This document shows, one piece after another, positions 56,596-63,087 of a stretch of 64,000 bases of DNA; position 1 is the stretch's first letter; each line of letters begins with the position of its first letter. The notes below the pieces were generated by a model, which made no database searches, was not told the DNA's origin, and was given only the letters and a program-made list of their open reading frames with translations. Made by a program: the position numbers and the translations under genes. The stretch comes from Acidobacteriota bacterium (lineage in GTDB: Bacteria > Acidobacteriota > UBA6911 > RPQK01 > JAJDTT01). The DNA is taken from positions 4,531,692 to 4,595,691 of the forward strand of contig OZ246889.1 in assembly GCA_965231825.1 (NCBI GenBank), read 5' to 3'.

Positions 56596-57252
56596 ATTGG
56601 GTCGAGTGCAGGGGATTTCGCCCCTGCACCCTCCCACACCACCGGACGTACCGTTTTCAGTATCCGGCGGTTGGAGTCACCCGAGGTCTGACGGAACCAG
56701 GAACACCTGTTCCATCAGCGACTCGTACCGGTCCGTTCTTTCCGGGGCTTCGCCGCCAACGGGACTCGCACTCCGCCCTTCCGGCTTGACGGGTTCCACC
56801 CTTGGGCCTTCCGTGCCGGGTCCGGCGGGGATCCCACCGTCTCCCGTTTTCGGAGTTCTTTGCGCCACCATTGACGAGTCCTCCCTGAGGTCGATACGAC
56901 TCCTTCGGTCCTTCGCTCCACCGGCGCTACCCGGCTTCTTCGCTACTACGACCTCTGCTGACTTCTCAAGGGCTCTCACCCTTGAGATCTCCCCGAGTAA
57001 GGTGCTGCCTCTTTCCCCCCGGGCCGCCCGGCTCTACCTGGTGCGTCTGGATGGAGTTCGGGTTTCGCTGTTCCTCGCCAGCTCACCGCCCGCACCCGGC
57101 CTCACTGCCGGTTCGTGTTCCTGCGGTCGTGGGTTTGCCTTCCGCTTCCTTCAGCTTCACCTCACGGCTACGCCTTGCGGTTCGGCTAGGGTTGGTCCCA
57201 TCACCTCCCTTGGGATCTTTCATCCCTTAGATACAGCCCATGTCGGGCGCAC
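56596..57252 (-). mobile_element. ORF-less group II intron (candidate; 3' boundary approximate)
   Basis: The minus strand starts GUGCGCCCGACAUGGGCUG (5' consensus GUGYG, close to Ll.LtrB GUGCGCCCAGAUAGGGUG). A D3-like GGUCGUAGUAGCGAAGAAGCCGGGUAGCGCC resembles LtrB CUCGUAGUAGUCUGAGAAGGGUAACGCCC. A 34-nt D5-shaped hairpin at 56638-56671 (ACCGCCGGA-UACUG-AAAA-CGGUA-CG-UCCGGUGGU) has a 9-bp stem, a 2-nt bulge at positions 24-25 and a 5-bp stem. A D6-like hairpin follows, with an unpaired A 7 nt before ...AAU. No ORF over 60 aa is credible inside. Confidence 0.6.
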
Positions 57253-57414
57253 GAGGGGCGGCTTTCTTGCCGCCTGCTGGGAGGGGACATCCTTGTCCCC
57301 CATTCTTCATTTCGCCCGGTTGAAAGACGCTACGCGGAGTGGGGACTCCGTCCCCCCTAATCCCCCCTGTCGGCGGCAAGGATGCCGCCGCTCCCCGGCG
57401 ACAAGAAAGTCGCC
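57253..57414. repeat. REP-like hairpin cluster including one type C copy (reverse orientation)
   Basis: GGCGGC-TTTCTT-GCCGCC (57257-57274), GGGGAC-ATCCTT-GTCCCC (57283-57300), then GAAAGACGCTACGCGGAGT-GGGGAC-TCC-GTCCCC...CGGCGGCA-AGGA-TGCCGCCG and GGCGAC-AAGAAA-GTCGCC (57397-57414). Confidence 0.75.
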
Positions 57415-57493
57415 GATATTTTTGCGACGAGCGGGTGCTATGATTGGCTCCGGCTTCGGACCAAACAATTCTCCTGACTTCTTTCCGGATCCC

Positions 57494-58342
57494 ATGAAGC
57501 TCACCCGTAGAAGAGTCCTGAAGACCCTGGGAATTGGCCTGGGGGCCGGCTACGTCGGATTGAGCGGGACCTGGCTCTACGCGACGAGACTCGAGGTCAA
57601 ACGGCTCCGGCTGGAGCGGGTCCGGGTGCCGCTCCCAAGCTTGCCCAGTTCATTGGACGGTTTGCGGATCGTCCTTCTGAGCGATTTCCACCTGTTTCCC
57701 CACACGCAGATCGAACTCATCGACGCTGCCGTGGAGATGGCCAACCAGTGCCGGCCCGACCTGGCTCTTCTGGGTGGAGACTACGTCCTATCCACCGCAG
57801 AATCCATCTACGAACTGGCCCCCGCCCTGGGCCGCCTGGACGCCAAGTACGGCGTCTTCGCCGTGCTGGGCAATCACGACCACTGGAAGAACTCGGATGC
57901 GGTGATGGACGGACTGACCCGCTCCGGGATTCACGTCTTCATGAACGAAGGATTGACCCTGTCGGTCGGCCGCCAACCACTCTACCTGGCCGGCGTAGAT
58001 GATGGCTGGGTGCGGCGCCACGACTTCGAAAAGGCCCTGGCGAATCGCAACGGCGAAGATCCGACCCTGCTCCTGATGCATGAACCGGACTTCGCCGACG
58101 ACTTCCTGGCCGATGGACGGGTCCTGCTCCAACTATCGGGCCACAGCCACGGCGGTCAGGTCCGTTTCCCCTTCATCGGTTCGCCCTTCCTGCCCCCGTA
58201 CGGGCGCAAGTACGACCAGGGCCTGTACCGGGTCGGCCAGGGTTGGCTCTACACCAACGTGGGGATCGGCGTCACGGCCCCACTGCGCCTGAACTGCCCG
58301 CCGGAGGTCACCGAGGTCACGCTGGTTTCCCAGCCCATCTGA
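57494..58342 (+). CDS. metallophosphoesterase (YkuE/calcineurin-like), Tat signal
   Basis: Only the last 282 codons of ORF 56564..58342 are credible (ATG 57494). Signal MKLTRRRVLKTLGIGLGAG. Motifs LSDFH, GGDYV, GNHD and GHSHGG. Confidence 0.85.
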   Translation: MKLTRRRVLKTLGIGLGAGYVGLSGTWLYATRLEVKRLRLERVRVPLPSLPSSLDGLRIVLLSDFHLFPHTQIELIDAAVEMANQCRPDLALLGGDYVLSTAESIYELAPALGRLDAKYGVFAVLGNHDHWKNSDAVMDGLTRSGIHVFMNEGLTLSVGRQPLYLAGVDDGWVRRHDFEKALANRNGEDPTLLLMHEPDFADDFLADGRVLLQLSGHSHGGQVRFPFIGSPFLPPYGRKYDQGLYRVGQGWLYTNVGIGVTAPLRLNCPPEVTEVTLVSQPI

Positions 58343-58348
58343 GCCGTC

Positions 58349-59866
58349 ATGAGCCCACTCGACATCGCGGTCCTGGTCGTCTATCTGGCGTTCATCGGCG
58401 GCTTGGCCTTCCACTTCTCCCGGCGCCAGAAATCGGCGGAGGACTACTTCCTGGCCGGGCGCAACCTGCCCGGTTGGGTCGTGGGGTTCTCCCTCATGGG
58501 GACGGTGGTGAGCAGCGCCACCTTCGTGGGCCATCCCGGCAACGTCTTCTTCAGCGACATGTGGGCCTTCGCCTATCACCTGGGCCTGCCGGTGGTGGTC
58601 CTCCTGACCGTGGGGCGGTTCGTGGTCTTCTACCGCCGCACGCTCCGAATGAGCCCTTACGAGTACCTGGGCACCCGATTCGGATACCCCGCTCAGGCCT
58701 ATGCTTCCGCCTCCTTCATCCTGAGCCGGGTCCTGGACATGAGCCTGACCGTCTACTTCCTGGGGCTGGCCCTGGCTTTCGTCACCGGGTGGGACGTGTG
58801 GTGGGTGATCCTGGTGGTGGGACTCCTGACCGTGGTCTACACCCTGGCGGGCGGCATCCAGGGCGTGGTCTGGACCGATTTCCTGCAGGGGATCCTGCTG
58901 GTGGGCGGAGGGGTGCTCTGCTGTGCCCTGATCCTGGGCCGCGGGGACGCCGGCCAGCTCTTGACCACCGCCTGGGAAGGGGGCAAGTACAGCCTGGGCA
59001 ACTGGGATCCCAGCCTGATCGAGGACAACTTCTGGCTCCTGTTCGTGGGAGGGATCTTCCACTTCCTGCAGTCATTCGGGACCGACCAGAACATGGTGCA
59101 GAGGTACCTGCTGGCCCGGAGCGACCGGGAGGCCCGCCGCAGCGCCACCATGGGCATCCTCTCCTGCATCCCGATCTGGCTCCTGTTCATGTTCCTGGGT
59201 GGCCTGCTCTGGGCCTTCTACCAGGCCGACCCGTCGGCGCTTCCGCCCGCGGTCGGAGAGGTCAAGGACAACATCATTCCTCACTTCATCATGACCGAGT
59301 TGCCGCCGGGGCTTCTGGGGTTGCTCCTGGCGGCACTGCTGGCGGCGGCCATGTCCAGCATGGACTCGGATCTCAACAGCGTCGCGGCGGTGGTGCTGCA
59401 GAATTTCTATCGCCGGATGAGACCTGGAGCCGCGCAGCGCCGTCAGCTCATGGTGGGCCGGGCCGGGGTCGTGGTCGGCGGCCTGATGTCCATTTTCCTG
59501 GCGCAGCAGTGGATCGGCATCGAGTCCCTGGTGAAATACTCACTCGGTCTGGCCCTTGTCGTCTCGGGAGGAAAGCTGGGTCTCTTCGCCTTGGGATGGC
59601 TCTTTCCCAAGGCCACCTCCAAGGGGGCCTACACCGGCCTCGCCGCGTGCGTGGGGTTCACTCTCTGGGCGGCCCTGACCCGGGTGGAGATGCCCAACAG
59701 CCAAAGCCCATTGCTGGATCTGGGCCCCTACAACTTTCCCTGGATGCCCATGACCATCGGGATGATCGGGCATGTCCTGGTGCTGGTGGTGGGCTATGCC
59801 GCCAGCCGAAGAAAGGACGGCGCGGATTCCGGCGCTCACTCGAACGGCCCGGCCGATCCTGGCTGA
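58349..59866 (+). CDS. sodium:solute symporter (SSS family)
   Basis: 505-aa polytopic ORF with the AEDYFLAGRNLPGW motif. Confidence 0.9.
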   Translation: MSPLDIAVLVVYLAFIGGLAFHFSRRQKSAEDYFLAGRNLPGWVVGFSLMGTVVSSATFVGHPGNVFFSDMWAFAYHLGLPVVVLLTVGRFVVFYRRTLRMSPYEYLGTRFGYPAQAYASASFILSRVLDMSLTVYFLGLALAFVTGWDVWWVILVVGLLTVVYTLAGGIQGVVWTDFLQGILLVGGGVLCCALILGRGDAGQLLTTAWEGGKYSLGNWDPSLIEDNFWLLFVGGIFHFLQSFGTDQNMVQRYLLARSDREARRSATMGILSCIPIWLLFMFLGGLLWAFYQADPSALPPAVGEVKDNIIPHFIMTELPPGLLGLLLAALLAAAMSSMDSDLNSVAAVVLQNFYRRMRPGAAQRRQLMVGRAGVVVGGLMSIFLAQQWIGIESLVKYSLGLALVVSGGKLGLFALGWLFPKATSKGAYTGLAACVGFTLWAALTRVEMPNSQSPLLDLGPYNFPWMPMTIGMIGHVLVLVVGYAASRRKDGADSGAHSNGPADPG

Positions 59867-59870
59867 TTCC

Positions 59871-60194
59871 TCACATCTCGTCTTGCCTTTGCGGTATACG
59901 TGCGACCCAATCTGCCTCAGCATATGTGACTGCATGTATGAGCACCTCGCAGGCTTGGTCGTCGACCGTAACGGCTACGACGGCTTTTCTCCCCGCAGGG
60001 ATCGCCCGCAAACCGGGGGCTATTTCGTTACGGATGGATCCCATGTGAGGAGTTTGTGCCAAGCCCGCGATGGTCCATTCAATCTCGGTCAGCGTCCGAT
60101 CCGCCGCCACAGACCCCGCGTAATCAAGAACCCATTGGACGATGTCCCGAAGATCACGTGCCACCAGCGGATGGAAACGGATGCGGTGCGTCAC
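59871..60194 (-). CDS. parE: type II toxin, RelE/ParE family
   Basis: 107-aa ORF whose GTG start overlaps the antitoxin stop (GTGA). F.P.A..DL..I..W........A......I......L...P..G layout of ParE toxins. Confidence 0.7.
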   Translation of the reverse strand: MTHRIRFHPLVARDLRDIVQWVLDYAGSVAADRTLTEIEWTIAGLAQTPHMGSIRNEIAPGLRAIPAGRKAVVAVTVDDQACEVLIHAVTYAEADWVARIPQRQDEM

Positions 60195-60460
60195 GTCTTC
60201 GGATCAGTCCCAATAGTGGCGCGAGCCGTTGAGAAAACGTGATCCTGGTCCACGAACTCGGAACGCGGTGTCTGCATACGCATGCGGATTTCTTCGGCCA
60301 GAGCCGAAAGCGCGACGTTTCGCTCGGTCTCGTCCTGCATCATCTGTTCGATGGCCGCCGCCACCGCAGCGCTCCGCGTAGCAAACACGCCTTGCCCCAC
60401 CTTCTCCGCAAGGTACCGATGGTGGCGATCCGTAAAGCTGAGGGTCGTTTTGACGGTCAT
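60191..60460 (-). CDS. parD: type II antitoxin, ParD-like (RHH)
   Basis: ATG 60460 is preferred (MTVKTTLSFTDRHHRYLAEKVGQGVFATRSAAVAAAIEQM), with AAGGAGG 5 nt upstream. It matches the ParD/COG3609 pattern (S..L......I...V..G.Y.S.SE..R.A). Confidence 0.7.
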   Translation of the reverse strand: MTVKTTLSFTDRHHRYLAEKVGQGVFATRSAAVAAAIEQMMQDETERNVALSALAEEIRMRMQTPRSEFVDQDHVFSTARATIGTDPKT

Positions 60461-60474
60461 CCGCACCTCCTTGG

Positions 60475-60489
60475 TATGACTTAGTCATA
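60475..60489. promoter_or_regulatory. candidate operator palindrome upstream of parD
   Basis: TATGACT-T-AGTCATA (7-bp perfect arms) lies directly upstream of the parD ribosome-binding site. Confidence 0.3.
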
Positions 60490-60589
60490 TACCACTTCGG
60501 CGGATCCGGCTCAAGAGAGAAGAGATTTCTTGGTGGGGAGCCTCTTCGGTGCAAACCGGACTGTGCCGTAACGAGAAGGGGACAGTCAC

Positions 60590-60642
60590 GTTCTCGCTCG
60601 CGCGCGTTTTCGCTCGCGCGCCCGCCTTTTCGCCCGCGCTCG
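60590..60642 (+). promoter_or_regulatory. three ~16-nt direct repeats upstream of the octaheme cytochrome operon
   Basis: GTTCTCGCTCGCGCGC (60590-60605), GTTTTCGCTCGCGCGC (60606-60621), CCGCC, then TTTTCGCCCGCGCTCG (60627-60642). An unusually AT-rich GGTATTATTTACTGA follows, then GAGGGG and ATG 60671. Confidence 0.35.
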
Positions 60643-60670
60643 AGTGGTATTATTTACTGAGGGGCAGCGA

Positions 60671-61993
60671 ATGTCAGGACACTTCGTTCGCGAACTTTTC
60701 GACTTCCGGCGGCGGTTGCTTCGCACCCGCTTTTTCCTACCGTTGGCCGTTCTGGCCTTGGTCTCATGCGGCGGCGAGACTTCGAAACAGGTCTCCTCGG
60801 ACTGCGTCGAGTGCCACCGCGACGTGACACCCGGTATCGTCACGGACTGGGAGTTGAGCCGGCACCACGCCGAGGGAGTGGACTGTTCCCTCTGCCATGG
60901 CGACGCGCATCGCACGGCGGAGGACGTGGCGCTGGTGAAGACCGCGACCCCCGATGTCTGCGCCACCTGCCATCCGATTCAGACGGAGCAGTTCCAAGGG
61001 GGCAAGCACGCCCTGGCCTGGGCCAGCATGAACGCCATGCCCACGACGCATTGGCTCCCCATGGCCATGACCGAAGGCATGAAGGGCTGCGGCGGCTGTC
61101 ATCGCGTCGGGCTCAAGAGCGAGGAAGAGATCCGGCAGCTGAAGGCCGACGGCGTCATGTTCGGCCTGGCGTCGTGCGACACCTGCCACACGCGCCACCT
61201 CTTTTCCGTCAAGGAGGCACGTGAACCCCAAGCCTGCCGGACCTGCCACATGGGAATCGACCATCCTCAATGGGAGATGTACTCCTCGTCCAAACACGGC
61301 GTCCGGCATCTGCTCAAGCAGACGGGGGTCCTGCCGGAACAGGCGGCGGCACCCACCTGCCAGACGTGCCACATGCCCAAGGGGAATCATGAGGTGCGGA
61401 CCGCATGGGGATTCCTCGCCGTGCGGCTGCCCATGCCGGAGGATCCGGAGTGGGCGGCCGATCGAACCACGATTCTCCAGGCCCTCGGCGTCCTGGACCC
61501 GGAGGGCAAACCGACGCCCCGGCTGGAAGTGGTCAAGCAAGCCGACGTCGCCCGGCTGACTCAAGAGGCGTGGCAACACGAGCGCGACCGCATGATCCAA
61601 ATCTGCGAGCAGTGCCACTCGTCAAACCTGGTGAAAGCGGAGCTGAAAAAGGGCGATGAGATGATCCGGGAGACCGACCGGCTGCTGGCGGAGGCGATCC
61701 GAATCGTCGCTTCCCTCTACCGCGACGGCATCTTGCGGAAACCGGACCACTACTCTTACGATTTCCCGGATCTGCTGGCTTTCCACGATGCCCCGTCGAC
61801 GATCGAGCAGCGCCTCTTCAAGATGCACCTGGAGCACCGGATGCGCGCGTTTCAAGGCACGTTTCACAACAATCCGGACTACGCGCTCTGGTACGGTTGG
61901 AGCGAGATGCTGCAGGACCTGACCGAGATCAGGACGCTGGCGCAGGAGTTGCGCGACAAGCACCCGCCGCCGGTGCGGAGTTCCGCCCGGTGA
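60671..61993 (+). CDS. octaheme c-type cytochrome, hydroxylamine-oxidoreductase (HAO)-like family
   Basis: ATG 60671 is preferred. The protein has a signal/anchor and eight CxxCH motifs: CVECH, CSLCH, CATCH, CGGCH, CDTCH, CRTCH, CQTCH, CEQCH. The spacing resembles the HAO/epsilon-Hao family. Confidence 0.7.
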   Translation: MSGHFVRELFDFRRRLLRTRFFLPLAVLALVSCGGETSKQVSSDCVECHRDVTPGIVTDWELSRHHAEGVDCSLCHGDAHRTAEDVALVKTATPDVCATCHPIQTEQFQGGKHALAWASMNAMPTTHWLPMAMTEGMKGCGGCHRVGLKSEEEIRQLKADGVMFGLASCDTCHTRHLFSVKEAREPQACRTCHMGIDHPQWEMYSSSKHGVRHLLKQTGVLPEQAAAPTCQTCHMPKGNHEVRTAWGFLAVRLPMPEDPEWAADRTTILQALGVLDPEGKPTPRLEVVKQADVARLTQEAWQHERDRMIQICEQCHSSNLVKAELKKGDEMIRETDRLLAEAIRIVASLYRDGILRKPDHYSYDFPDLLAFHDAPSTIEQRLFKMHLEHRMRAFQGTFHNNPDYALWYGWSEMLQDLTEIRTLAQELRDKHPPPVRSSAR

Positions 61994-62607
61994 CGGGCGA
62001 AGTCATCATCCTCGGCGTCCTGGGGATCGCAACTCTTGCGGTGATCGGGGCGCTCGTCCGCCGGCCCGAGTGGACCAACGGAGTCAGGGGCAAGATTCTC
62101 GCGTTTCTTGCACTCTTGGCACTACCGGGGCTCTTGCTCGTGGGCGGAGCCGGCCGGCACTACGACCAGGCCAAGACCACCAACTTCTGTCTCTCCTGTC
62201 ACGTCATTCAACCCTACGGAGAGAGCCTCTACATCGACCATCCGCGTTTCCTTCCCGCCGCTCACTACCAGAACAAACTCATCCCCGCCGACAAGGCCTG
62301 CTACACGTGCCACACGAGCTACACCATGTTCGGGGACGTGGACGATAAGATCCGCGGCGTGAGGCACGTTTGGCACAGCGTGATGGACTCGGCGTCCGAT
62401 CCGGTGAAGCTCTACAAGCCGTATGAGAACCGGACCTGTCTGGAATGCCATGAAGGAGCCCGATCCTACGAGGAGAACACGGTTCACGCACCGTTTCGGA
62501 CCGAGCTGATGGCCGGCACGAAATCGTGTCTCATGTGTCACAACCTGATTCACGAGGTCACGAAACTGGACCGGTTCGAGCGCTGGGACCCGGAGGCGGC
62601 GCCATGA
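61990..62607 (+). CDS. NapC/NirT-family tetraheme cytochrome c (membrane-anchored quinol dehydrogenase)
   Basis: The GTG start at 61990 overlaps the upstream stop (GTGA). N-terminal TM VIILGVLGIATLAVIGALV. Four CxxCH motifs: CLSCH, CYTCH, CLECH, CLMCH. Confidence 0.8.
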   Translation: MTGEVIILGVLGIATLAVIGALVRRPEWTNGVRGKILAFLALLALPGLLLVGGAGRHYDQAKTTNFCLSCHVIQPYGESLYIDHPRFLPAAHYQNKLIPADKACYTCHTSYTMFGDVDDKIRGVRHVWHSVMDSASDPVKLYKPYENRTCLECHEGARSYEENTVHAPFRTELMAGTKSCLMCHNLIHEVTKLDRFERWDPEAAP

Positions 62608-62816
62608 GTTGGATTCGATCGCTGGGCTTGCGGACCGGACTCGCCGGCCGCCTCCAACTCGCCGGATTGCTGATCGCGGCCGGGATCGCGGTGGAGTTGG
62701 GCACCTTGTTCTGGAACCATCCGATCTCCATGTTCCTGTTTCTGACCGTGGGAGCCGGTCTGGTCGGAGCGGGCATGCTTCTCTACTTGTGGTCTGTCGT
62801 CACCCGGAGCGAGTGA
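62604..62816 (+). CDS. small two-TM membrane protein, translationally coupled to the NapC/NirT gene
   Basis: ATG 62604 overlaps the upstream stop (ATGA). The 70-aa product is MSWIRSLGLRTGLAGRLQLAGLLIAAGIAVELGTLFWNHPISMFLFLTVGAGLVGAGMLLYLW... Confidence 0.5.
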   Translation: MSWIRSLGLRTGLAGRLQLAGLLIAAGIAVELGTLFWNHPISMFLFLTVGAGLVGAGMLLYLWSVVTRSE

Positions 62817-62880
62817 CGCCCTTCGGTACCGGACGAGTCCGGGAGAAAGGCGGGAGTAAGGGACAGTCACTTTCTCTGGA

Positions 62881-62900
62881 GGGGCGTCTTTCAGGCGCCC
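62881..62900. repeat. REP-like hairpin
   Basis: GGGGCG-TCTTTCAG-GCGCCC(C) is the reverse complement of the CGGCGCCTGAAAGACGCCG hairpin at 41133-41151. It lies about 65 nt after the operon stop. Confidence 0.65.
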
Positions 62901-63087
62901 TCTTTCGCACCAACCATGCCCCATGGCCAGGGACTGCAGGTTGCGCGGGCGGGGGTAGGAAAACCCCCGCTCCTGGAACACGCCTGTTTCTCTCAGGACC
63001 TCGCCAGCCCATGGCCGGTGGGAGATCTCCTACCTTTCTCGATCCCTCATATTCCCTCCGATTCCTGATAAAGTACTTCGAAACCTG

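Noticed and set aside
56601-56630. GUGCAGGGG-CGAAAU-CCCCUGCAC hairpin (minus strand) as group II domain V
   Set aside because: It has a GAAA loop but an uninterrupted 9-bp stem with no 2-nt bulge. The neighbouring 34-nt hairpin at 56638-56671 fits the D5 geometry better, so this one is more plausibly D6 (or a REP-type hairpin).
56374-56637. N-terminal extension of the SSS-FHA ORF, and similar extensions of 7426..8475 and 27651..28979
   Set aside because: The extensions are Arg/Pro-rich and cross repeat elements or upstream genes. They lack homology-like features, and internal starts with good SD sequences give proteins of canonical length.
56564-57493. N-terminal 310 codons of the 592-aa ORF 56564..58342
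   Set aside because: This part reads through hairpin repeats and the antisense of the intron candidate, giving low-complexity Ser/Pro/Leu sequence. The real metallophosphoesterase starts at ATG 57494 with its Tat signal.
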